Below are positions 26,667 to 35,915 of a stretch of 64,000 nucleotides of DNA, in pieces. The notes under the pieces were generated by a model. It worked only from the letters and a program-made list of their open reading frames with translations. It had not been told where the DNA came from and did no database searches. The position numbers and the translations under genes were made by a program. Where the stretch lies: assembly GCA_965367245.1 (NCBI GenBank), contig CBDUIC010000003.1, positions 74,622 through 138,621 on the forward strand, read 5' to 3'. Positions within the stretch are counted from its first letter, which is position 1. Each line of letters starts with the position of its first letter. Source of the DNA: an uncultured bacterium (lineage in GTDB: Bacteria; Myxococcota_A; UBA796; GCA-2862545).

Positions 26667-28205
26667 CTAGCACGGCCCGCCACGCCATCGCGCCCCCTCA
26701 CGTGGGTCGAGCCGACGAAGCGTGCGTCGACGCCACCACAGCCCCGGGAGCAGCACCATCAACAGCGGACCGCGCCCGCAGCCCCCGGGGGCAGGATGAC
26801 GCTGCGGGAGGCGTGCCTTGCCAGCACCCCAGCGCGGGTCGGGTGTCAGTGAGGGCTGATCGGACCTCGCCCAGCCCTGCAGACGCGTCGCGGCCTCCCT
26901 CGGCGACAGCGATGGGTCGTCGCTCATCACCAACGCGATCATGCCCGCCACGGCAGGCGTGGACGCCGAGGTCCCGAAAAAGCCCACCGGACCGTACGTG
27001 TCGGTGCTCAGCCCATCGGGGCCGGCGATGTCGGGCCGCGAGACCCCCGCGTGATTCGGCCCCCATGACGAGAAGCCCTCCACCGTGCCCGTGGCGTAGT
27101 CACTGGCCCGCACCGCCCCCACCGCGAAGGCCCTAGGGTGCGCCGCGGGGTCGTTGACCGAGCTGTTCTTCACCATCGGCGCGATCACGCCATCGCGACT
27201 CAGAACGTCGACCGACACCCCCACGGCCGCCCCCGCGCGTGCCGACACCTCCACTCGGTACCACCCCTCCACCGCGACCGTGGCGCGCAGGCGCTCGTAG
27301 GCCTCGCATCCCTCGTCGTCAGGCAGCTGCTCGTCGTCGGCTCGGTCGAGCACCCATCCACGCTCGTCGATGAGCTCTGCGTCGAGGTCGACCTCCCCGC
27401 ACCGGTCCCACCCGTCCCAGTTCACGTAGAGGGTGGCCGACCCCGGTGTCAGGTAGACCCACAGCCCGTTGTCACCGTCGCCATCCATGCGGCCGTCGTG
27501 GTCGACGTCGAGGTAGCGCCCCGCCCAGTGCTGGTCGGCGTTGTTGCCTGCCGACGTGACCAGAAGCACCCCCGCATCATCGAGGCGCTCCACCAGCTCC
27601 GCCTGCGGCCCCGTGCCGTCGTAGTGGGACTGGTTGTAGTACGACAGCGACATGCTGATCACGTCGATGCCCTCGCGGATGGCCCAGTCCACCGCGTTCT
27701 CGTAGGCCGTGACCGAGTTCACCCGCACCAGGTGCAGCTCTGCATCTGGAGCCACGTCTCGGACCACCTCGGCACAGGCCCACCCGTGGGCGCCCGCCTC
27801 GAAGGTCAGCGCAGGTCGTGACAGATCGAAGGGGACCTCGCACGTCGCCGACGCAAAGCAGTCGTGGGTGACCACCGGAGCCGTCTCCACCGGGTCGGTC
27901 TCGCCGACGAACCAGTTGCTGTCGAAGACCGCGACCTTCACGCCCCGCCCCCGGACGCCGTCGGCATGCCATCCGGCCGCTCCGATCGTGCCGAGGGTCT
28001 CCGTCGCCGCGAAGGGCAGCTCCACACGGTCGGTGGACGGCACCACGATGGGCCGCCAGGGCGTACCGTCTCCGGGGGGGCCCTCGAGGATCGACCCGAA
28101 ACGCGAGGTCGCCACGGCCTCGGGGTGATCGGGCACGTCGACCCGCACCAGGTCATCGAGGCCCCACCCTCCGGCCAGCGCCAGCGTCGCCCACCACCAG
28201 GTCAC
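26667..28205 (-). CDS. S8-family (subtilisin-like) serine peptidase, secreted
   Basis: Catalytic-triad context: KVAVFDS (Asp), HGWACAEV (His), and GTSASTPAVAGMIAL (Ser). 512 aa. Confidence 0.85.
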   Translation of the reverse strand: MTWWWATLALAGGWGLDDLVRVDVPDHPEAVATSRFGSILEGPPGDGTPWRPIVVPSTDRVELPFAATETLGTIGAAGWHADGVRGRGVKVAVFDSNWFVGETDPVETAPVVTHDCFASATCEVPFDLSRPALTFEAGAHGWACAEVVRDVAPDAELHLVRVNSVTAYENAVDWAIREGIDVISMSLSYYNQSHYDGTGPQAELVERLDDAGVLLVTSAGNNADQHWAGRYLDVDHDGRMDGDGDNGLWVYLTPGSATLYVNWDGWDRCGEVDLDAELIDERGWVLDRADDEQLPDDEGCEAYERLRATVAVEGWYRVEVSARAGAAVGVSVDVLSRDGVIAPMVKNSSVNDPAAHPRAFAVGAVRASDYATGTVEGFSSWGPNHAGVSRPDIAGPDGLSTDTYGPVGFFGTSASTPAVAGMIALVMSDDPSLSPREAATRLQGWARSDQPSLTPDPRWGAGKARLPQRHPAPGGCGRGPLLMVLLPGLWWRRRTLRRLDPREGARWRGGPC

Positions 28206-28284
28206 GGCTACCCCCTCGAGGTCTTGACGCCTCCTGCACTCGGCTCGGAGGTCGAGACGCTACAGTAGCGCCACGGGAGGGTCC

Positions 28285-29964
28285 ATGCGATCGATGTGGT
28301 GGCTCATGCTGACGGCACTCGTTGCCTGCAGCGGGGGCGGAACGGAAGGAAGCGGCTCGGCGACGGGCGACGACGACGACGACACCTCGGTCGGCGACGA
28401 CGACGACGACGCCACCATCATCGGCGACGACGACGACGACACCACCATCGGCGACGACGACGACGACACCACCGGGCCCATCGTCGACATCACCAGCCCC
28501 GAGGTCGTCTACGGCCTCCGCAACGTCGACAACGACAACGACTTCCGCGACGCCGACCCCACCGACGACGACCTCGTCGCGTTCGAGATCACCCCGAGCG
28601 AAGTCCCAGCCGACGAGATCCGGCTGACCATCAACGGCACCAGCAATGCTCGGCTGTACTACGACGGCGCCATGCTGCTCGACGACGAGGAAGGCGCCAC
28701 CGCCAACATCCCGTGGAGCGCGACCCCCATCGAGCTGATGGTCGAGTTCGGCGAGTTCAACGTCGATGGAACCCTCCTCGTCGAGGAGCTCCTCGGCGGC
28801 GCAGCGGCCAGCAGCTCCGAGACCCGCCTCCGGTCGGCGCCTCTGATCCTCAACCACCACCTGCAGCCCGCCGAGACGGTGATGTCGGTGGAGGTGTCGG
28901 CCTACGGCTCGAACAACATTGCGTTCATTGATGGCTACACCGCTGCCCTCGGGGCAGCGTTCGAGCCCATCCCCGGCAGCCCCTACTTCATGGACCCATG
29001 GGTCCAAGACGAGATCGAGTTCGCCACGAGCCACACCCCCGATCTGATGGTGATGGACACCGTCATCGACTCCATCCGCGACCGCGGGCTCGACGACTAC
29101 CCCGAAGACCGCTGGCAGGGCGAAGACTTCGGCGTGCTCCGGTTCTCCCCCCTCGCCTATGCCAACAGCCTCGACTCCTTCGGCAACCTCGAGGTCAGCC
29201 CCCCTGTCGACGGCTACCCCTTCGGCCGCATCTACTACGGCGCCACGCCGTTCTACGCCCCCGAAGACGACAAGCTGTTCGACTACCTCGAAGACATGAC
29301 CCTGCAAGACCCGTTCACCGTCGACACCAGCTGGCTGTGCGTGGGCCACGTCGACGAGTTCATGTCGTTCATCCCCGACCCCACCGCTCCCCGCGGCTTC
29401 CGTCTGCTCTACACCGACACGCAGACCGCCTGGGACATCCTCGAGTCGATGGACCCAGCCACCCAGCTGCCCCGCTACGCCGGCGCCGGGAACCACGGCT
29501 ACAGCACGGTGGGCCAGATCCTGGCCGACCAGGGCCTGCGCGACCTCAACGACGACCTGCAGGCCGACTACCTCGACGGCGAGCTCGACAAGATGATCAC
29601 CGAGCTCGGTCTGCTCCCCGAGGAGGTCGTGCTCTTCCCCGGCATCTTCGAGGAGGTGCGCTTCTGCGGCACCTACGTGGCCGCCCTCATCCCCGGCATG
29701 GTCAACCTGGTGGTCACCGACTTCTACGGCGGCACCCAGCTCTTCATGGCCGACCCCTTCCTTCGGGAAGACCTCGACGACCAGAGCAGCGACGCGATGA
29801 TCGACGCCGTCAACGCCCTGCTCCCCCCCTTGGTCACGCCGATCTACCTCGACGACTGGGAGATCTACCACCTGGGCCTGGGTGAGGTGCACTGCGGAAG
29901 CAACGTCGTGCGCACCCCCTCGAACGAAGACTGGTGGACCAACGACATCGGAGGCAACAAGTGA
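28285..29964 (+). CDS. peptidylarginine deiminase (eukaryotic-type PAD) homologue, lipoprotein with an N-terminal poly-Asp repeat region
   Basis: Lipobox MLTALVACSGGG. Repeats GDDDDDTSV/GDDDDDATII/GDDDDDTTI/GDDDDDTT. The C-terminal catalytic-Cys motif GEVHCGSNVVR matches the GEVHCGTNV active site of mammalian PAD4. The region upstream of it shares the PAD catalytic-domain layout (FGNLEVSPP..., SWLCVGHVDEFMSF). 559 aa. Confidence 0.75.
   Translation: MRSMWWLMLTALVACSGGGTEGSGSATGDDDDDTSVGDDDDDATIIGDDDDDTTIGDDDDDTTGPIVDITSPEVVYGLRNVDNDNDFRDADPTDDDLVAFEITPSEVPADEIRLTINGTSNARLYYDGAMLLDDEEGATANIPWSATPIELMVEFGEFNVDGTLLVEELLGGAAASSSETRLRSAPLILNHHLQPAETVMSVEVSAYGSNNIAFIDGYTAALGAAFEPIPGSPYFMDPWVQDEIEFATSHTPDLMVMDTVIDSIRDRGLDDYPEDRWQGEDFGVLRFSPLAYANSLDSFGNLEVSPPVDGYPFGRIYYGATPFYAPEDDKLFDYLEDMTLQDPFTVDTSWLCVGHVDEFMSFIPDPTAPRGFRLLYTDTQTAWDILESMDPATQLPRYAGAGNHGYSTVGQILADQGLRDLNDDLQADYLDGELDKMITELGLLPEEVVLFPGIFEEVRFCGTYVAALIPGMVNLVVTDFYGGTQLFMADPFLREDLDDQSSDAMIDAVNALLPPLVTPIYLDDWEIYHLGLGEVHCGSNVVRTPSNEDWWTNDIGGNK
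28366..28478 (+). repeat. in-frame tandem repeats encoding G-D5-(T/A)-x-x, in about 4 units
   Basis: ggcgacgacgacgacgac repeated with short variable linkers; lies inside the PAD-like CDS. Confidence 0.8.
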
Positions 29965-30632
29965 GCCGCTCCCTGCTGATCCTCGCCGCTCTGCTCCCTG
30001 GCCTCGCCCATGCCGGCTGGCGCGACGATGTCGCCGCCTCCCGCGCGGCGTGCGCCACCGACCCCGCCCCGTGCGAGGTCGCCGACACGCTGCGCATCCG
30101 CGAGTCGCGGGCGGGCCTGTGGTTTGCCCAAGACGACCGCCTCGACCAGACGGTGCTGGGTCCCCTCCTCGACCGCCTGCTCACCGAGCCGGAGCCGCAG
30201 CTGCGCCCGGCCATCGCCCACGGCGTGGTGATGCTCCTCGAGGAGTCCGACGCTCAGTGGCACCCCGCGTGGGCCGAGCTCGCTGCCACCGACCGCGACG
30301 CCGAGGTCCGCTCCGTGCTGCTCAGCGGCCTGCGCCGGGCTCCGTTGACCGCTGCAGGCCCGGGCTTGCGCGGCGCGCTAGCCCACGAGCATGCGCCCAC
30401 GCGCCTGCTGGCTGCCGCCAAGATGGGGGGCCATCCCGAAGCGGCCGCCTTCGTCGACGACCTGCTTCCCGCCCTGTCCGACCCCGACCCCAGCGTTCGC
30501 CAGCGAGTCATCCGTGCGCTGGGCTCCGCCCGCGACGCCCGCGCGCTCCCGGCCCTTCAGGCCCTCGACACCAGCGACGAGGTCATCGCTCGTGAGGTCG
30601 AGCGGGCGGTTCGTCGCATCCAGGAAGGCTGA
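29961..30632 (+). CDS. secreted HEAT/PBS-lyase-like repeat protein
   Basis: The GTG start overlaps the PAD-like stop (GTGA), and a GGAGG sits 6 nt upstream. The signal peptide is VSRSLLILAALLPGLAHA. Repeats of the type DAEVRSVLLSGL, DPSVRQRVIRALGSARDARALPAL are HEAT-like. Confidence 0.6.
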   Translation: MSRSLLILAALLPGLAHAGWRDDVAASRAACATDPAPCEVADTLRIRESRAGLWFAQDDRLDQTVLGPLLDRLLTEPEPQLRPAIAHGVVMLLEESDAQWHPAWAELAATDRDAEVRSVLLSGLRRAPLTAAGPGLRGALAHEHAPTRLLAAAKMGGHPEAAAFVDDLLPALSDPDPSVRQRVIRALGSARDARALPALQALDTSDEVIAREVERAVRRIQEG

Positions 30633-31167
30633 CGCGCTCCCAGTCGCCGTCGAAGCGCACCGAGCGCCCGACGGCGATACCGCCAACGAACTGGCCCTCA
30701 CGCACGTCGTGGGGGCCAATGTGCACTTGGGCCTCCTCCTCGCCCACCGCGACCGTCACCCGGTAGGCCCCTGCCTCCTCGGGCTCCAGCGTGGTGAACA
30801 CGAAGGGCCCACACACCAGGTCGCACGGCAGCTGCACCTCGAGGTCACGGGGGACCCCACCTTCCGGCTCGAACGACACCGACACCCGGGGCCGACAGGC
30901 TCGCCCCAGGCCGAGGCACGCCCGAAACCGCACCACCGACCGCCCATCGACCCGCGAGCGCGCAGCCACCGGCGCTACCCGCAGGGGAAGCTGGTCGAGC
31001 TGCCTCCGCGCCACGGTCGCGGCCGCCATCGTGGTGCCCGCCAGCAGCGCCACGGCCACGAGCAGCCCATCGAGCCACCCGGTCGCGACAAACGTAGCCG
31101 CCAGGGGCACCGCCGTGACCCCTACTCCGACCGCCGCCAACCGCTTCACCGGATGGTGGGCCACCAT
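30583..31167 (-). CDS. possible membrane protein (hypothetical)
   Basis: From the internal Met (MVAHHPVKRLAAVGVGVTAVPLAATFVATGWLDGLLVAVALLAGTTMAA) there are two TM helices followed by a soluble domain. It overlaps the HEAT gene end convergently by 50 nt. Weak call. Confidence 0.35.
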   Translation of the reverse strand: MVAHHPVKRLAAVGVGVTAVPLAATFVATGWLDGLLVAVALLAGTTMAAATVARRQLDQLPLRVAPVAARSRVDGRSVVRFRACLGLGRACRPRVSVSFEPEGGVPRDLEVQLPCDLVCGPFVFTTLEPEEAGAYRVTVAVGEEEAQVHIGPHDVREGQFVGGIAVGRSVRFDGDWERVSLPGCDEPPARPHER

Positions 31168-31327
31168 GTCTTGCAGCGCACCCACGGTGCCCACGCTCCC
31201 ATGCAATGATCCATCCGTGCAGGCCGTACCTCGCACGGACCGCGAGGGCGCTTTGCACCCGCTCGTCAGCGGTGTACCTTCTCCAACCCCACCGGGCCAC
31301 GCCCGGACACTCGCTGGAGGCTCTCGG

Positions 31328-32674
31328 ATGTCGCTCTGGAACATGCTCAAGCAGCACGCTGGTGCCCAGTTCATGGAGGTCATCGACTGGACCGATGACA
31401 CCAACGACACCATCGTCTTCCGCTACCCGACCTTCAACCAGGCCATCACCGACAACTCCAAGCTGGTGGTGCGCGAGTCGCAGGCCGGGGTGTTCGTCGC
31501 CGAGGGCAAGCTGTCGGAGGTGTTCGGCCCGGGCAGCTACGCACTCGACACGCGCAACGCGCCGATCATGCGGTTCCTGCAGTCGATCGCCTACAAGTTC
31601 GAGGAGCCGTACAAGGGCGACATCTACTTTGTGAACACCAAGCAGTTCACCGACAACAACTGGGGCACCCCGCGCCCCATCACGGTGCGCGACGCCGAGT
31701 TCGGCATGGTGCGGCTGCGCGCCTTCGGCATCTACAGCTTCCGCATCACCGATCCGGCGACCTTCCTGCGCCAGATCGTCGGCACCGACGGCCTGTTCAC
31801 CACCGACGAGATCTCCGGGCAGCTCAAGAAGAAGCTGGTCTCGTCGGCGTCGGCCACCATCGCCAAGAGCCGGATGTCGATCCTCGACCTCGCCACCGCC
31901 TACATGGAGCTCGGTGATCAGCTGCGCGAGGAGATGAACCCCACGTTCCAGGAGTCGTACGGCATCACCATCACCGACTTCACGATCTCCAACATCAGCC
32001 TGCCCGACGAGGTCGAGCAGGCCCTCGACAACCGCTCCAAGATGGGCATCCTCGGCGACCTCAACGCCTACACCCAGCTCAAGTCCGCTGACGCCATCGA
32101 GAAGGCCGCCAGCAACCAGGGCATGGGCGGCATCGGCGTGGGTATGGGCGTGGGGCTGGGCATGGGCAACCAGGTCGGCAACATGATGGGCCGTGCGGCG
32201 CAGGGCAACGGCACGTTCAACCCCCACACCGGCCTGCAGGCACCCGCCGCCGCTGCGCCGCCTCCCCTGCCCGGGCAAGACACCTGGCACTACAACGGCG
32301 CCGCCGGCCAGGGTCAGTTCACCACCGAGCAGATCGTGGGCCACATCCTCGCCAACCGCGACGCCAGCCATCTGGTGTGGAAGGCAGGCTGGCCCGCGTG
32401 GAAGCCCTACACCGAGGTCACCGAGCTCACGTCGCAGCTGCCGCCTCCCGCCGCAGCGCCCCCGCCACTCCCCGGGGCCGAGAAGCTGCACTACAACGGC
32501 CCCGGCGGTCAGGGTGAGCGCACCATCGCCGAGATCGTTGCCGCCGTGAAGTCCGACCCCGACGCCACCCACCACGTGTGGAAGCAGGGCTGGCCCGGCT
32601 GGAAGCCGGCGGCTGAGGTGGAGGCCATCGCCGCCCAGCTGTCGAGTGGTCCTCCCCCCCTGCCCCCGGCGTAG
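31328..32674 (+). CDS. SPFH/band-7 domain protein with two C-terminal DUF4339 (GYF-like) repeats
   Basis: From the Met at 31328: MSLWNMLKQHAGAQFMEVIDWTDDTNDTIVFRYP, with a typical SPFH N-terminal region. It ends in two tandem 45-aa repeats, WHYNGAAGQGQFTTEQIVGHILANRDASHLVWKAGWPAWKPYTEV and LHYNGPGGQGERTIAEIVAAVKSDPDATHHVWKQGWPGWKPAAEV. The upstream part of the track ORF is non-protein-like. Confidence 0.8.
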   Translation: MSLWNMLKQHAGAQFMEVIDWTDDTNDTIVFRYPTFNQAITDNSKLVVRESQAGVFVAEGKLSEVFGPGSYALDTRNAPIMRFLQSIAYKFEEPYKGDIYFVNTKQFTDNNWGTPRPITVRDAEFGMVRLRAFGIYSFRITDPATFLRQIVGTDGLFTTDEISGQLKKKLVSSASATIAKSRMSILDLATAYMELGDQLREEMNPTFQESYGITITDFTISNISLPDEVEQALDNRSKMGILGDLNAYTQLKSADAIEKAASNQGMGGIGVGMGVGLGMGNQVGNMMGRAAQGNGTFNPHTGLQAPAAAAPPPLPGQDTWHYNGAAGQGQFTTEQIVGHILANRDASHLVWKAGWPAWKPYTEVTELTSQLPPPAAAPPPLPGAEKLHYNGPGGQGERTIAEIVAAVKSDPDATHHVWKQGWPGWKPAAEVEAIAAQLSSGPPPLPPA

Positions 32675-32679
32675 TCGTC

Positions 32680-33114
32680 ATGGGCATGGAAGACATCAAC
32701 CAGCTCATGCAGCGCGCGCAGGCCGAGGCCGCGCGCAAGCTCGCCATCGACCGAGCCAAGGAGGCCGAGGCTGAGGAGGCCGGCGCCGAGGTCGAGGTCG
32801 ACATCGAGCTGCCGAGCGGCACGGGCATCCTGCAGGTGGTCAAGCGGCAGGGCCGCTGGCGGTGCTACCTCGCCGACCAGCGGATCCGGTCCGGCGACGA
32901 GCTCGATGTCTACGTCAACGCCACCATCGGGTGGGTGCGAGGCCGCCTGCAGTGGGCCCGTAGCCCCCACACCCCGCCCTCCATCCGGGTGGGTGCCGAG
33001 CATCCCACCGCCGAGGGGCGCGACGGCGGCCCACTCAACCTCGGTGAGATCGAGCTGCAGCTGCCCGAAGAGGCACTGTGCCGCTGGCCCGTGGCATCCA
33101 AAGACGCCTCGTGA
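32680..33114 (+). CDS. hypothetical protein (144 aa), likely co-transcribed with the SPFH gene
   Basis: It starts 6 nt after the SPFH stop. The charged coiled-coil-like N-terminus is INQLMQRAQAEAARKLAIDRAKEAEAEEAGAE. Confidence 0.5.
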   Translation: MGMEDINQLMQRAQAEAARKLAIDRAKEAEAEEAGAEVEVDIELPSGTGILQVVKRQGRWRCYLADQRIRSGDELDVYVNATIGWVRGRLQWARSPHTPPSIRVGAEHPTAEGRDGGPLNLGEIELQLPEEALCRWPVASKDAS

Positions 33115-33242
33115 CGAACACAGCGGCCCTCTCGCACGTCTGACCTTCACACGCAGCGTCGCTCCGACACTGGGGCGAGCGTGGGAGGAAGCATGCGCCT
33201 GATCGTGCAAGAGTAGAAAGAGCTGGCCGGCTATAGGGCCCC

Positions 33243-33767
33243 ATGCGACCCAACCCCGTCTGGGCCGAGGCCCTTCAGCTGGTCCCGGTGCTCGTGCTGG
33301 CCTTCCCGATCATCGCCCGCGGCGAGGTCGAGCTGTCGTCACTGGGCGTGGCCTTCGGGCTCGCGGCCTCGCTCGCGCTGGCGGTAGCGGCGGGCATTCG
33401 TGCCGCGGGGCACCTGCTCAACCCCATCCTCGTCGGCACGTACGTGTGGCTGGGCCTGGGAGCCTTGGGCTTCGCCATCGGCGTGCCCGCCCTCGCCGAG
33501 GTCCTCGCCGAGACCCAGGGCTTCGCCCTGTTCGCCATCGTGGGCATGGTGCTCCTCGCCTTCCTTCCCACCGAGACGGGCAGCATCGGGGCACGGGCCG
33601 AGCCCGCGTGGGTGCGCCGCGCTTCGCTGGGCCTGCTCGCCATCGCGGCCCTGGCCCTCGCGTGGTCGTGGGCCTTCCGGCACGACGTGCGCCTCGGCGG
33701 CGGGCTGCCGTTCATCGTGCTCAACGTCGTTCGGCGGGTGGCCATCGCCCGCCAGGGTCGCAGCTGA
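33243..33767 (+). CDS. hypothetical integral membrane protein
   Basis: 174 aa with 4-5 hydrophobic helices. Its stop overlaps the LOG-family start (TGATG). Confidence 0.55.
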   Translation: MRPNPVWAEALQLVPVLVLAFPIIARGEVELSSLGVAFGLAASLALAVAAGIRAAGHLLNPILVGTYVWLGLGALGFAIGVPALAEVLAETQGFALFAIVGMVLLAFLPTETGSIGARAEPAWVRRASLGLLAIAALALAWSWAFRHDVRLGGGLPFIVLNVVRRVAIARQGRS

Positions 33768-34351
33768 TGCGCCGCTTCCGCCGGCTGTGCGTCTACTGCG
33801 GCTCCTCCACCGGGGTCGACCCGGCCTATGCCCAGGCTGCCGAGGCCACCGGCCGGCTGCTCGCCGAGCAGGGCATCGGCCTGGTCTACGGCGGAGGCTC
33901 CGTCGGGCTGATGGGCACCGTCGCGGCCGCCGCGCGCGCGGCCGGAGGGGAAGTCATCGGGGTCATTCCCGAGAAGCTGCAAGACCTCGAGCTGGGCATG
34001 GAGGGGCTCACCGAGCTCCGGATCGTGCCCGACATGCATGCGCGAAAGCAGCAGATGGCCGACCTGTCCGACGGCTTCATCGCGCTGCCGGGGGGCTACG
34101 GCACGCTGGAGGAGCTGTTCGAGGCCATCACCTGGCTGCAGCTGGGCTACCACGACAAGCCCGTGGGGCTCCTCGACGTCGCCGGCTACTACCAGCCGTT
34201 GGTGGCCTTCCTGCAGCACACCGTCGCCCAGGGCTTCGTCCGCCCCCTCCACGCCCCTCTGGTGCAGGTGGCCGATCGCCCCGAGGCCCTGCTGCACCAG
34301 CTTGCCACGGTCGACCTGCCGCGCCTCGAGCAGTGGATCGACGAAGTCTAG
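33767..34351 (+). CDS. LOG-family protein (TIGR00730; cytokinin riboside 5'-monophosphate phosphoribohydrolase-like / lysine-decarboxylase-like)
   Basis: MRRFRRLCVYCGSS...GLVYGGGSVGLMG...PGGYGTLEELFEAITWLQLGYHDKPVGLL. These are diagnostic LOG motifs (GGGxGxMG, PGGxGTxxE). Confidence 0.85.
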   Translation: MRRFRRLCVYCGSSTGVDPAYAQAAEATGRLLAEQGIGLVYGGGSVGLMGTVAAAARAAGGEVIGVIPEKLQDLELGMEGLTELRIVPDMHARKQQMADLSDGFIALPGGYGTLEELFEAITWLQLGYHDKPVGLLDVAGYYQPLVAFLQHTVAQGFVRPLHAPLVQVADRPEALLHQLATVDLPRLEQWIDEV

Positions 34352-35251
34352 CTACAGCTCCAGGGCGCGGGCCTGGCGCTCCATGGTCGCCCACCGCTCG
34401 GGCCACAGCGTCGCCAGCTGCTGCTCCCGCCCGCGCTTCAGGGCCCGAAGCATCAGCCGCCGCGCTTCCACCACGTCGCCCGCCGCCTCCTCCACCGTCG
34501 CCAGGTCGGCGAGCACCAGCGCCAGCAGGTCGTCGCAGTCATCCGCCGCCTCCGCCCCACGAAGCGCCTCCCGCAGGGCATCACGCGCGCGGGCCCAGTC
34601 TTCCAGCTGGCTCGCGGTGGCTCCTACGGCCCACGCGGCCGCTACCACGTCGCGGGGGCGCCCTGAAGCCAGGTGCCAGTGATGGGCACGGGAGTAGGCC
34701 TCGACCGCATCGGCCAGCTCGTCGATGGCCTCCCAGGCCGCCGCCAGGCTCATGTGGGCCTCGCCCAGCCGCTCGGTCGCTCCCAGCGCCAGCGCCTGCT
34801 CGATGCCGCGCTGCAGCCACGTGACCCGCTCGAGGGCCGACACCTGGGAGGCGAGCAACAGCGACGCGTCGAGCACCTCTTCGCCCTGTCGCTCGTCTTC
34901 GGCCCACTGCAGGTAGCGGGTCAACTCCTCACGAGCGGTTGCCGCAGGCCCCTCCTCCACCGCCAGGCGGGCCAGTGCCGCGCGGTAGCGACGATGGCTG
35001 GGCAGGTGGTGTGGGTCGAGGGCGCGGCCCGCCGACGCGAGCAGCGAGCGCGCCTCATCGAGGTCGTGCAGCTGCAGCGCCATCCGCGCGAGGGTCGCGC
35101 GGGCCAGCACCTCCATGCCTCGATCGGCGCGGTCCTGGGCAGCCTGAAGGAGCTGCTCGAAGGCCTGGCGAGCCTGCTTGGACCGGCCGGCAGCGAGCAG
35201 ACCGTCGGCCCGCTCGAGGTGCTTGTGGAGGGTGGGAACCAGCGACGCCAT
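34352..35251 (-). CDS. TPR-like helical repeat protein (hypothetical)
   Basis: 299 aa, all-helical and Ala/Leu/Arg-rich with repeated helix-turn-helix units. It is convergent with the LOG gene and abuts it (TAG/CTA back to back). Confidence 0.55.
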   Translation of the reverse strand: MASLVPTLHKHLERADGLLAAGRSKQARQAFEQLLQAAQDRADRGMEVLARATLARMALQLHDLDEARSLLASAGRALDPHHLPSHRRYRAALARLAVEEGPAATAREELTRYLQWAEDERQGEEVLDASLLLASQVSALERVTWLQRGIEQALALGATERLGEAHMSLAAAWEAIDELADAVEAYSRAHHWHLASGRPRDVVAAAWAVGATASQLEDWARARDALREALRGAEAADDCDDLLALVLADLATVEEAAGDVVEARRLMLRALKRGREQQLATLWPERWATMERQARALEL

Positions 35252-35296
35252 CGCCCGTAGCCTACAGCACGGGACCCGGCGTCGCTGCCTCTCCGA

Positions 35297-35839
35297 TCAG
35301 CGAGCGGCGGCCACCGACTCGGGCATGCAGTAGCCGAAGTCGTTGCCCCACGAGTGCCGCTCGTAGGAGATCACCGCGGCGATCTGCACGTCGTTGAGCA
35401 TCGCGCCCTGAGGGGTCATCACGCCGTTGTAGGTGACGCCATCCACCACCAGCTCGCCCTGCATCCCGTTGATCACGATGCCGGCGTGCTTGGCGCAGTC
35501 GCCCATGTGGTCTTTCTGGCCCACGAGCGGAGGGAAGGCGCCCGGCGTTCCCTTGCCCTCGGCGCCGTGGCACGTCATGCAGGCGATGCCGCCGTCGCCG
35601 GTCTTGTAGACCTTCTCGCCGAGCTCCATGAGGAACGCGTGCTTCTCCTCGTCGGTGGCGAGCTTGTTGAACGCCTCCGCGGGATCCACCTTGGCCTTGG
35701 CCTTGCCCTTGGCCTTGTTCTTGGCGGGCTCGGGGGCCGGCTCGGCCTTCTTCACGGGGGCGGGGGCGGGGGCCGGAGCGGGCTCGCTGCCGCCGCAGGC
35801 GGTCAAACAAGCGAGGGAGAGCAGGGTCACGAAGCGCAT
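35297..35839 (-). CDS. c-type cytochrome, lipoprotein
   Basis: MRFVTLLSLACLTACGG (lipobox). Ala/Pro/Lys-rich linker. Heme motif CMTCHGAEG (CxxCH) with a downstream Met ligand region. Confidence 0.85.
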   Translation of the reverse strand: MRFVTLLSLACLTACGGSEPAPAPAPAPVKKAEPAPEPAKNKAKGKAKAKVDPAEAFNKLATDEEKHAFLMELGEKVYKTGDGGIACMTCHGAEGKGTPGAFPPLVGQKDHMGDCAKHAGIVINGMQGELVVDGVTYNGVMTPQGAMLNDVQIAAVISYERHSWGNDFGYCMPESVAAAR

Positions 35840-35915
35840 GGATGTCTCCTAGGTTGAGCATCCCGTATCGACTCCTCCCTGCTCTCCGACACGCAACATG
35901 ACGTTGCTCGGCCCG

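Noticed and set aside
28153-29892. 579-aa minus-strand ORF
   Set aside because: It is antisense to the PAD-like gene. Poly-Val/Gly/Asp runs mirror the poly-Asp codons. No independent support.
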